Source of the DNA: Paraspadella gotoi
Taxonomy: Eukaryota; Animalia; Chaetognatha
Direction: 5' to 3'
NCBI GenBank assembly: GCA_051294375.1
Contig: CM119266.1
Coordinates: 15,279,859 to 15,343,858, forward strand
DNA length: 64,000 bases
The notes under the pieces were generated by a model. It ran no database searches, was not told the origin of the DNA, and saw only the letters and a list, made by a program, of their open reading frames with translations. The stretch's first letter is position 1; the number at the start of each line of letters is the position of its first letter. A program made the position numbers and the translations under genes. This document shows positions 30,551 through 42,590 of the stretch, one piece after another.

Positions 30551-30690
30551 ATAGAAGGAATAAATCTTTGAAAAGACATTAAGGCTAACTAAAACTATCT
30601 TTCAATGATTATATACTTGACTTTAATACTATTGAAACTAATATTTATTAATTAATAACTCTTTTGATCAATCGATCGATCGAATTAAGA

Positions 30691-30849
30691 GAAAACAAAG
30701 TTTATTTGTTTACTAACAACGGGTTTTTATACCAAAAAACGGACATGTTTCGACTCTAGTTTTTCCGAATCTACATCAGCACGTGAGAATCGAAACATCC
30801 GTTTTTTGTAATAAAACCCATTGTTTGCAAACAAATAAACTTTGCTTTC
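30691..30849. mobile_element. Foldback with degraded hammerhead motif (Penelope-like), nested in the hAT element
   Basis: Imperfect inverted arms; minus strand CUGAUGU-agauuc...gaguc-GAAACAUGUC. Confidence 0.65.
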
Positions 30850-31289
30850 ACTTATCTATAAAAGCAACGAAAAGAAAGTCTTAACACAATATTCATAATT
30901 ATATTTATGGTCATGGTTTATGAAAGACTAACAACAGAAAACATGCTTTCAAGAAACTAACAACTATAAAGATAATGAGGAAGAGAAATCAAGATAGTTT
31001 TCTCAAACCAATTTTATCATTTTCAACTATAATGTGTACCTCATATATCTAAAATAGAAGCTAAAGACGATTCAGGAGCCGGAGTTTAGGAGAAAATACC
31101 ATTAAATACTTTAATTAGTTTTAAATATTAATATTTTAAATTTAAAGTTAAATTATAAAATTAACCGATTTTAACGGTTAACCGTTAAAAACGTTAGTTT
31201 TAACGGTGAAGCGAAGTTACTTAAAAATTAACGGTTAACGGAACCCTCGTCACGACGCAGTTTTCTTCACGATCAGCGCTATCTTCGAC

Positions 31290-34200
31290 ATGAATAGGCA
31301 TCTGTGCTTCAGTTACTCTTCGCTCATTGGCGGTCTCATCTTTTATTGCCTCGACGTCGGGCTCGACTGCTTCGTCGCCGCCAAACATCACCGGTATGAC
31401 AAGGATTGTTTTATCTCTTGAAATCATTCGATGGCCGATCGATTTGATGGTTATCAGTTGGATATAATTAGAAACTCCAAAATTATGAACCAGCATCTTT
31501 TTTCGGGTGTTTTTTTTGTGTGTGTGTGTGTTTTTATTATTGTTTTCGTTTTATACCATCCGTTTTTTTTTTTTTGTTTTTTTTTTCTTCCTTTTTTTTA
31601 CTTTTATCTTTTCTTTTCTTCTTTTCATTTATTTTGTTTTCTTTACTTCTCTTCTCTTCTATTTACGTCCTTATCCTTCTTCTCTTTTTATACTCTTATA
31701 TTTCCTTTTTTTCACTTGCCTTGATATTTATATTTTTCTTTTCTTTCTTTTTTTTAAATTTTTTTCACCTTCACGCTCACTTCCGACAGACCCAAGACCC
31801 CATTTTCGATTCTTACGTACAGAAACTCGGACAAAAATTGGATGATCGTGACAATCGTGTTCATCATTCTGCCAGGAGTCCTCAATGGATTTTTAACGCT
31901 CATCACCATTCGTCCCATCGACGGACCTCGCGAGGAGATCTTTTCCAAACCGGTGTATTTACGTTTGACGGCATCTAAATCTGCTTCACAAAAATACTTA
32001 GCAACATTTGTTGTAAAGATTTTTTGGTTCTTTAACAATGTACCTTTTATTCAGATGCGAATCTTTGGATACTTTTGCTCTCTGTTTCTCCTCGGTCCCA
32101 TTTATTGGGACATTCGTACATTCATTCTCCTCTCCGCTTCTCGAAGTAGGATTTCCAAATATCGCTATGCAATTAGCATTTATCAAAATTTTATGGATTT
32201 CATTATTATCTCACGGAATCTGGCGCTTTATTTTGGTTTTTTCTCCCAAATAGAAAATCGCCACAAAACCGAACAAAAGGACAAGGACGGTTATATTGCG
32301 CCCTCTGACGTAAAAAATACGAACGACGATACCTCAACAAAAGACAAAAAAATTACGGATGTGGCCGCCCGCAGTGCGGCAATGGGGGTGGTCGAACGCG
32401 GCGTGGAGGCTTTGGCCGAGTCTATCCCCCAGTGGACCGCGCAGATCTACATCATCGGCCTGACCAACAATATATCCGCCGTGCAGCTTGCCAGTTTGTT
32501 GTCCTCGCTGATCACTGCTGTTTACTGTGTTATAGGTTAGACGTTACCTAGGTTTTTGTTAAATTTTAACTTAATGACGATGAATACACGAATTTCATCA
32601 TTAAGTTAGTTTATAATTATATTGATTTGTTATTAAATCTAGATTTAAAAAATTGAAATTATTACAAGCTCTTCGGGTTTCATTTTAATTTTGATTTTAA
32701 ATCCCAACGTTGAATCTTCCACGACGCTTGGTTAACCGTCCCCATCACACCCACTTCATCGCAGACGGATCTCGAGCGCTCATCAAAGAGTTGGTCAACG
32801 CTACGGGGGGGCGTGGCCGTATTGGAAAATCCTCTTTCGCCCTTCTCGGCCTCTGGATCATCCTTGCGATGACGTCTTACGGCGCCGCGGCGTCGCTCTT
32901 CGCCTCCACGGTTCACGGCGCTATCATATTCGTCCTCTTTCCCGTCTTCTACGTGACCACGGCCGTCCAATTCTGGTCGTTGGTCAGGTGGCGCCATCAC
33001 CCAGGCGAGAGAACTGAGGTTGTCCAGTAATCAGACCGCAGAGTCACGGAAAGTCATAAATGTTTAGCAATGGCAGCATCTGCGTCAATTATCTAACGCC
33101 TGGTAAACTCGGCCTTTCTAACTTGAATATTCTTTGGTACGTCCAACAGCTACTTTTCAAAGAATTTCCATCGCTGTACAAGTGGCGATGTTTATCGCGA
33201 CGTATATCATGGCGAACAGTTGGAGGCCGGACGACACGTTGCCCGTCGAGGTTTGCTTTACCTTTCCTTTGGATTTTTGTGATATTATGTTTTGTCGCAG
33301 GTTTATGTTTTGTTTTGTTTTATGATTTATGTTTTATGTTTTAATTTTTATGATTTATCTTTTGTCGCAGATTAGGCCCAAAGTCGTCGACGAGACTCTC
33401 TCGCTGACGATCGACTCAAAACCTTCCAAGGATTTTTCTCTCGGATGGAGAGATAAGATCGGAGAGAATCATTCCGCGAGTAAATTGATGATTTAATATC
33501 TCGGCCTTGAAAAAAATTGTTTTTATGGTTTTCGTATAAATTCTAGTTGAATTCTGTCCCTAAAGTTAGCATTATTGCAACAGCCGGGTTGCCTGTGATT
33601 CCCAGCTTGGTAGGGCATCACACCTGTTGGCGTTAGGGGCTTCCGACCATAGTCATAGTCGGTCTCGCTTGTGAAGAGGAAAGTCGTAAGGACTGTTGAT
33701 GGAACGCATGGTTGGTATGATGCGGTCCCCCTCTGAGCCAATTGGTTGGGCAGACTAGAGTCGTAGGTGAGATGCCGAAGTGGTTATAATTTACCGCCAC
33801 AGCAACTCCTTTAAAACGCTTTCAGACTCCACGGGATTAGGGAGATTCTTTACTTCCACTTTGACCATCAACGGGAAGTCTCAGTTTCCTTTGGACAAGT
33901 GCAACCGGACTTGCCTTCACACGATGAGTCTTCAACTCAAAATTTCCGAGTTGAGTCCAACGATCAAGAACGGAAAGACGACGAGATTCGCCGGACAAAT
34001 TTGCAACGAATTGATTAAGAAGTCGGATATGGTGAGTTGAGTTAAAGGGTTTGGTCTACGTTTTTATTTGTTGAAAATAATATCTTACATCTCAAACAGC
34101 AAAAGCCAACGATTGAAATTCTGTCAGCTCTGCAGGAAAAGGACGTCTTTTGTTTATCAAAAATTTCGTGTAAGTTTAAGCAACCAAAAATAATTTAATG

Positions 34201-34409
34201 GAAACACCTATTGTTAAATATTTAACAATAATCTTTAAAAATTTTTTTATTCAGATTATGTGTACAAATTTTTGTTTTATACAAACTTTCTGTGGTTATT
34301 TTATCACATTTTCCTCGTGATCAGCCTCGACTGGATATTTTGGAAAAAAGATGAAATAATGACAGTTCAAGATATTTATTTGAATAACGACAAAGAAGAA
34401 GGATTGTAA
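31290..34409 (+). CDS. XKR: XK-related (XKR/CED-8-like) multi-pass membrane protein; exons ~31290-31393, 31823-32535, 32765-32987, 33068-33101, 33150-33250, 33371-33479, 33826-34031, 34100-34169, 34254-34409
   Basis: N-terminus IFYCLDVGLDCFVAAKHHRNSDKNWMIVTIVFIILPG and EALAESIPQWTAQIY match XK-family motifs. Phase-consistent GT-AG exon chain to a TAA stop. Confidence 0.75.
33573..33801 (-). mobile_element. Family A element, diverged copy 3 (in an XKR intron)
   Basis: Reverse complement starts TGTGGCGG and shares the blocks ttggctcagaggggg, acagtcctnacgactt, agcgagaccg, ggtcggaagccc and tcacaggcaacccggctgttgc; flanks gcat/gcaa (3/4 TSD). Confidence 0.75.
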
Positions 34410-35069
34410 TTAACGGTGATGAATGAGTTGATTTTTTGTTAAAAATACTTTGCAAAACTATTCACAATTCTTTTATAAACTTTTTACACTATAGTTTTTA
34501 ATTAAAAAAAATGAACTATTACTTTAATGTAATGTTCCAACTAATTTCTATCGGTGGCAGAATTAAAAAGGAGAAGCAAGGAGAATATACTTTCAAATAA
34601 CTAGCGACAAAAATCTCATTTACATATTGCAGTAGTTGGTTTTTGATAGCTTCTTTACGTAGTATTTTTAAAGCTTGGATGATATCTTATATCTCTTTCT
34701 TATGATATAAATATAAATATCTTGATTCAACTTTGAGATAAATAATAATAATTATAATGTATTATCACTTTGTAAACTCATACCATTTGTTTTAAGTTGA
34801 GACGATTGCAAAGCATCGAGTAATTGAATTAATTTCGATTCTCTTTATTAATCGCCGTGGGTTAACCGTCCCGTTTAACTAGTATTTTTAAAAGCCCTTA
34901 TTGATGGGTTTGTCATCCTCAAGACTTAATGCAGTCAAATGTGTATGTTATGTTTCAAATACTCGTCTTGTTGCCCATGCTTTTATTCATGACGACGTGA
35001 CTCTATGTCTCACTTTTTTGTCTGCATGTCTGTTTATTTTTTTTATATTTTTTTTATATAATAAATATA

Positions 35070-35206
35070 TATTGGAAGATGTTTTAATATTTTTCTACAA
35101 CAATTATATTATTAACAGAAACGTACATGTTTCGGCTTACATTCAAGCCTTATGTTTCTATTAATAATAAAATCGTTGTAGAAAAACATTAAAACGTCTT
35201 CCAATA
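35070..35206. mobile_element. Foldback with truncated hammerhead motif (Penelope-like)
   Basis: Arms tattggaagatgttttaatatttttctacaac / gttgtagaaaaacattaaaacgtcttccaata; centre on minus strand ggcuu-gaaugu-aagcc-GAAACAUGUA, CUGAUGA box missing. Confidence 0.6.
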
Positions 35207-37645
35207 CTTAATCACAACGAAAAGAAAGGAAATTCACGATGTCTAATAAATATATAAAAAATACATGAAAAAGTTTTCGCTTTTAAGTCATGTATTTTCG
35301 GATTTTCTAAGAGAAACCAAGAGGATTTTTCGGTCTCCACGTCTCCAATAAAGAAGAGGCAACGAGGAGGAAGAGGATCTAGAGGAGGAAGAAAAATTAA
35401 AAGCATTGTTCATTCCTAAAATGAATAAATCATTATTATTCAAGCAATAACACACAGAATGCTAAGTTTTCGCGACTGAACAGAAGATCAGGACGATGAC
35501 GAGAAGACATCTACAGTAGCAAAAACAAAATATCTTGTTCGCTTGTTTTCCAGCTGAATTCAACTTCAAGCAGCTTTAAATAATCAGGATGATTCAAGGA
35601 AGGGATATTTAGGAAATATTTCGTTTTTCTTCATAATTTAGAGTCGTGTTAAGCCGTTATGACTTTAGCAATGGATATAATTTTTTTAGAGTTATAAAGC
35701 AAGAGAATTAATGTTAAATATATGATAGAGAACTTAGCGAAAATAGTTGTTTTTTTTTAGAGGGAACCGTGAATAAGTGAATGCATGGATTGATTGATTG
35801 ATTTGATTTGATAAATTATCTAATTAATTAATTTGAATATAATATTTGATAAAATTAACTTTTAGAACATAAAATAATGACCCATGAAAATAATTTTAAA
35901 AACTTAGTATAAAATGGGTAACAATTTTACAACATGACTTTTTAAATTTTTAAACTAGATTTTAGAGAAAGCAAAGAATTTTGAATTTTTAACAACGATT
36001 TTTAATTAATAGTTAGACATGTTTCGGCTTGTTTAGGATTATCGCGTAAACTAGATTTTAATTTTTTGTTAAATAATAAAATTTGATTCCAAAATTTCAC
36101 TTAACCTTACTGACAAGTAATTACCTAAATTTTCAAATATTGATTGATGAGTCAGTAGCTAATCCTGCTGAAAAAAAACCAGACGACTAAAATCAACAAT
36201 GATTTATTCAATAGAGACATTTTAAAAACTATAAAACGGCATATTTAGAGGCATGAGTATGTAAACATCGTGATGATAATAATAATCACTTGGTTGAAAA
36301 ATGCACCTCAAAATCGCACAGCGACAAAAACCAAAAAAATTCGAGGTGGAACGGCGAAGGTTGGAAGTGTGGCCACTGTGCACGTCACCTACTCTACATC
36401 GCACGCTCGAGCGAAACGATGCAGTCTCGTGCACGTGCCTCACGTTTGATTACATAAAAGGATCCAACTGGCGAATGTGTCACGTGCGCAGTCGTTCCAT
36501 GCGCGCGCTCGACCTCATGATTCACTGATAAACTGCGATGTTTGCGGCGCATTTGCTCAAAACAATATTTCTCGAATTAAATATTTTCTTTGTCTAGAAA
36601 GTTTGAAAAGTTTATTATTAAAAACGAAAAAAGCGCAATAAAGTAAAAATTCAGATGGTGTCGTTGTTAAGTGAAAAAGATATGTGAGATGTTTACTAAA
36701 GCTATAAAAAAATAAAAGCTTGGAAAAAAAGATAATATAAATGAGAGACTGAAATCGAAAACGGTACGAGTTTATTCCCGAAAAAGACGAGCAAAAAGAC
36801 AAAATACCTTTTTTTTAAATATACGTTGAACTATGAAGTCGTAGTACACTTTATTATTGCAGAAAGACGTTTACATTCTTCCGAGACGAAACTGACAGAC
36901 GTTGAAAAAATGTTTAACATTTAATATTTAATTCGGCCGATTTTTGCATATTGAAAACGCATATTGTTACTGTTTTCACAGATGCTTCACATTTTACTGA
37001 AACAATTTGCTTAAATTTATACCCATGCATCACTTATATATAACCACTAGGAGGGATGAAAATATTTATGGATGATGATAAACTTTTCTGTATTTGCCTG
37101 CCGATTATTGGTCGCGTCCAAATTGATCGTAATTTAGTTTTCTTCCCTCCTCGTATTGATTTACTTTTAAAAGAAAATCACTTTGTCACGAAAACATGAA
37201 AAGCATTACTAAGTCACTTGGGTCATTTTACAAGGAAAAGACGAGACAATTTTTTTTAGATCTGTAGGTTTTAACAATTTTTTTTTCATTCATAAACCAG
37301 GCTGTAGTCTTTTAAAAAAAATTCTTCCACTGTTTTTTTTTAATGCTGATTATCACAGTTTTAGTTAAATGAGGTGTTCTAAGATAATGATGTTCTCGTT
37401 CGGCACAATGTTAATATAAACAAACTAAAAACATTAAAGAATCGTTTATCCGCTGATTCCATTGAAAGGCATTATTTTATTTTTAAGGAAATGAAAAAAA
37501 AAAACGGTGCCGAGTGATTGAGAAAATAAAAACTTTTTTTCCAACTAACATATAATTAAAAAAAATGCCACTACGAAGTAATTTTAAAAAACCAAAAAGT
37601 TTCTAAAACTAAAATTAAAAAAAACAACAAAAAAACGAAACCACG

Positions 37646-39315
37646 TCACGTGGTGGGAACGGAGCGCTCCGATTGGTCGGAGGATAACAAGTTCACGCCG
37701 GTCGACGACAACGACGACGACGTCGATGAGGAGTTGGTGGCTTCGGTGACGTTGGGTGGCGAAGTTGTGGAGGAGATGATTGGAGGCAGCGTCACTTCGT
37801 TCATTCTTCTCACTGAATAAAAACAGATAGAATTACGAAAAAATTACGAAAGCATTATAATTCTTTATTTTCGGTTAAATAAAATAAAATAAAATAAATT
37901 ATCATCGAGTACTTGAACTTTAAAACAACTAACATGTATCATGTGAAAAAAGACAAGTTATGGCTACGGGGAGACATGTGTGATGCCCGGGGTATGAGTC
38001 ATCTCCCGAGGGCTGGCGCTCAGGGCTTTGGACCTACCACCTCAGGTTACTGGCGTGTTGATGCCGACACCATCACTCTTTAACCAGCGTGACCGTAAGG
38101 GAAATTGTACCGGGAACTCACGATTGGTGACGAGCAGAGTTTCACCAAACTATACGGAAGGCGAATTTAGGATTCGCCACAATATCAGTATTCAATTTTA
38201 GGAGATTAATTAATAGTACAGAGTCGTCGCTTTAATAACTTCCCAGCTTGATACTAGCATTCTCATTTCGAATTCATCGCGTCTTCCTTCTTATCGCCTC
38301 TCTCCCCATGAATATTAGATTTTAAATCGAAAACGAAGGCTTTTTTTTTCCCCATTTTTTTTCCCTTCGTTTCATTGTTGTTGTTTTTGTTCTTATCTCA
38401 GTCATCGTCTTCGTTCGCTGCTAATTTATTCATTTTTAAAAAAAGTTGTTTTCGTTCCTGAAAAAGAAAAATTTCTCCCTCTCCTCAAAATGGCGACCCG
38501 CGGCGTCATTTTTGTTGACGCTAAGGCGGATGCATTGTTTTCCGATCACAGGAGACGTGCGAAAGGAAAGGAGAGAAAATGTCTTCGTTGTTGTTGTTGT
38601 AGTCCTCGTCGTACATCTTAATCGCCAGAGTCTCCGACGTCAACTAGGGACCTCCCCCCCAAAAAAAAATATCCATTTCCTCGCGTCCTTTGAGCTTGAA
38701 TGGCGGAAGGAAATGGACCTTTTTTTATTCTTTTCTTGTGAAAAAGAGAAGGAGTACAAATTCGCTGAATCAACATCCGGGGGGGAGCGACAAGGTTGGG
38801 CACCGACGTTCTCAGTGACGTTTAAGTGAAGAGACATTCTATTATTCAATATCCATTCATTGGCTTTGGTACGAAACGACATCCACGAGGTTTGGTGTCG
38901 TGACTCTTTCCAATTTAGTAAAGAAACAACACTTGTAATAAACAAAAAAGATCTAAATAAATTCTTCTCTAGACTTAATTTCAGGAAAAGCCACTCAGAT
39001 GATAATTCATATGAACCTTTAATAAATCTACTAGTTGACATTCATTCGCAATCCCCCACTTACTCAGTACTCACCCTTCTCGTCGATGTCTTCGGACATC
39101 GCAAGCGTCCCCCCCAAGAGAATGATGCACATCCCGAACATGAGAAAGGCAATTATCATGACAAGGCGGGCGATCTTCTTCCTTTTGTGTTCTTTTTCTG
39201 CGAATATTTTAAAGAATGAGGAAAAAAAAGGATCGATAAACTCGGAAAATTTGTTTGTAAACGAAAGGAATAATTTTGTTTACAGAGGAAAAAGGAGGAA
39301 AAAAAGGGGAAGGGA

Positions 39316-39380
<65 letters not shown>

Positions 39381-41483
39381 AGAAGGAATGTAACATATGA
39401 AAGCTTAGCAATTGATTTCATTGTGGGTTTAAAAAAAAACCTTCTCGAAAAGAAATTGTAAATGCCACAATTGAATGTATTTTTTTTCTGAAAAAGCTGA
39501 GATGAGATGAAATGAGCGAATACACTCATGCTGCTTCCATAAAATTATGTCCTTTAGCACCGATGGATGAGGTATACATGAGAGCATGCGCAACAACTAT
39601 TATTAAACGCATATAATATTTCACTGATGATTATGCACCTGAATGTAATTAAAACGACGCTGAAAAAAGCATAAATATTTATTGTAACATTGAGTTTTAC
39701 TTTATTATTCTTTGGTTTTCTATCACAAAAAGAGGGAAACGTTTAAAAAGGAATTTTTCAGCCCGTTTTGTTTTTAAATTCACTTACACGGTAATATTTT
39801 TTTTTTCAAAATGCATTTTCACTACCAAGCGATTTTTATGACACAAATATCATCAATGCAGCCAAAATTTTAAAATTTATAGTTATATATATGATGGTAT
39901 CGTGTATAAAACTTACGTAATTGTAAACGAATTAGGGAGGGAAAAAAGAAGGATGTGTTCTTAGCTCTGCGTGAAGGGCTTTGTACCTAACGTTGTTATG
40001 TAATGCTATAACATGTGAAACGGGTGATTTAAACATGTTCAGTGAACGTTTTTTAATTTTACAGTTTAGAGTAAATGAGCAAATTAAATACAAATTTAAT
40101 ACTTCGTTCATAGAAAAACTAAATCTAATTTATTTAGTTTATAAATGGCATCTAGCAGAACGAAATCATTGTTTAGTGATTGGTGTCAGGATTAAATGAA
40201 CGGCATGCCGGCGCAGATCAAACAGCGATTTCCTATTTTCAACATAACATCAAAAGATCAAACAATCCCTACAAAAAAACTGGATGATACGTCGGAGTAG
40301 TTTTGCCTCTTTACTACGTGAATTAGACCGTTGGAGTCATTATCATTACAGTTAGCTTGACAATGGGGACGAAATAATAGAGAGGTTCTTGGCTTCTCGC
40401 GTCATGTAAATTTGCTTCCATCTTGAAAAAAGTTATCATGACGTTTGAAAAAAAAACAAAACAACAAAACAAGATCATTGGAGACAGACTGGTGATAAAA
40501 AGCCTCGACAAAACAGCAAGAAAACAAGAGCAAGGACGACAGACCGGCTAAAAATTGCCCCTCTTCCCCCTCGTGCAACCCAACCTGGATCGGTGACTTC
40601 TTCCGGCGAGTCGCGCAGGGCGTCTTTCGTCGGCAGCGTCGACACCACGCGAGTGTGCGGCGTCGACGTCACCGACGACGACCGCGCGTGCGACCCCGCC
40701 TTTTTCGGCGTCGTTTTTGGCGTAGAGACGCCGACGCCGGCGGGCGCGAAGCATGGAAGGCGTCGTAGAAAATCCACTTCCGGTTTCCAGCATCGCGAAA
40801 GGAACGTCGTCTGGTAATGAGGGGGGAGATGGAGGGTGTGGGGGAGGGAGGTGACGAGATCAAGATAGGGAAAGTTGAAAAGGAAGGGAGGAGGGAAGCG
40901 AGAGAACTACTTAAAAATTATGTATAAGGTCAAAAACTCAATTCTCAAAGTAAAGTTACAAGTTATCAAGAGACATCTATTTATCAAAGACAGTTACTAA
41001 TCAAAGACAGTTACGTATCAAAGACATTTATTTATCAAAGTTACTTATTTATCAAAGGCCTGTGGCGGTATATTCACACCGCCTCACGTCCATCATCCTT
41101 CAGCCAAATCCATTGGCTCAGAGGGGGAACACACCATCCCAAGCGTAGTGTTCCATCCACAGTCCTAACGACTTCCCTCTGCGTTGGCAAAGCGAGACCG
41201 TCCTAGGGTAACCGCGCCAGTGACTGGATGCGTCACTGAGGGTCGGAAGCCCCCAAAGCCAACAGTGAGATGCCCCATCCCAATGGGCATCACAGGCAAC
41301 CCGGCTGTTGCCATAGGCCTTTATTTATCAAATACATTTTTATATCAAAATACCTTGAATGCAGGAAGATGTGGAGGACACCATAGAACCTCTTGGGGTG
41401 GAGCTGAGAAGGTAAGTAGACACTACCTCGATGGAACTTCCTCCCGATGTCGTCTGTTTAGAAGGTTAAAGAGAATTTCACAA

Positions 41484-41529
<46 letters not shown>

Positions 41530-42529
41530 CTAATTACACAAGATTATATCTCAAATCCACTTAATTACTCATTAGTTATTCTTCGTCGCGGCATTTTCTC
41601 GGTTGTTCCCCCAACAAGTACAAAGAAAAAAAAACCTCTTGATTAGAAATCTGCGCACCGCAGCTGCGCAGAACAGATGGGGAAAACGACGAAATGAAAA
41701 CATGAAAAGAAAAAAACATTGAAAAGTACGTAAGCTGTGTCGTTGGTCTCCTGCGACACCCTTTCTTTTTTAAACTATATTACGAACGTTACATCGAAAG
41801 TAATGAACTACATTCAGAATAAAAAAAAAACGCGCAAATTTTTGAATCGAATTTGTATTCAGGCGGAAAAAAAGCGCGGGAAAGGCGTCGCCGCCTTCCG
41901 TCCGTGCGAGACACGCCTCCCGAATTTTTTTCCCTAACTTATCAGGAAAAAGGGGAACCAACTAGACCGAAAAAAAAGAAAAAAGAAAAAAGAAAAAGTG
42001 CAAAATTTATTTCTTTCCCTCGGCATCATTCGACGATTTAAACGTGCTTTTGTCTCCGTTTCTTAAACTTTTATAATTTCTTTCCTTCCTAACTTCTTTC
42101 TTTTTTTCTTCTTTTCCTCATTCCTTACTTCCTTCCTTTATTCATTCCGTCTTTTTTATCCCTTCCTTTCCTTTCTTTCCCTCCTTCCTTCCTTCCTTCC
42201 TTCCCTCCTTATTTCTTTCCTTCCTTCCTTCCTTCCTTCCTTCCTTCCTTCCTTCCTTCCTTCCTTCCTTCCTTCCTAATTTTCTTCTTACCTCACCAAA
42301 AAACTAATTCATCATAGCTGCATAATTTCAATATTTTCGTTATCACTTTGGATTTCCTTTAGGTTTTTTGTCTTAACGCTTTTCTATTGAGCCAAACTTT
42401 TTTTTTGCTGCACCTCAATGTTTTTAAGCTCATGTTAAAAGAAACTTTAGAAATTTCTTTTTTTTTTATTTTACCACAGGGCTCACTCTCTCTTTTACTC
42501 TTTTGTTCACTTCTCCATAAAATTTTTCA

Positions 42530-42590
<61 letters not shown>

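Larger units (their letters stand above)
29707..31248. mobile_element. Non-autonomous hAT-like DNA transposon containing nested insertions
   Basis: Perfect 8-bp TSD gtcacgac (29699-29706 and 31249-31256); ~22-bp TIR TAGAGTTCCGATAACCGTTAAT vs GAGGGTTCCGTTAACCGTTAAT; subterminal (t)aaccgtt/aacggtt motifs at both ends; no transposase ORF. Confidence 0.85.

Noticed and set aside
31431-31724. ORF MADRFDG... as XKR start
   Set aside because: Lies in intron 1; the exon at 31290-31393 carries the XK N-terminal D-x3-D motif and splices in frame.
33670-33700. GAGGAAAGTC resembling RNase P/MRP CR-I, and ACAGGCAACCCGGCT resembling CR-V
   Set aside because: The two motifs are on opposite strands, the element is a dispersed repeat with TSDs, and a full P4 core cannot be built convincingly.
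33795-33803. Family A copy 3 end (ccacag) supplying the XKR splice acceptor
   Set aside because: Phase does not match the upstream donor; the ttcag acceptor at 33825 gives the in-frame junction.
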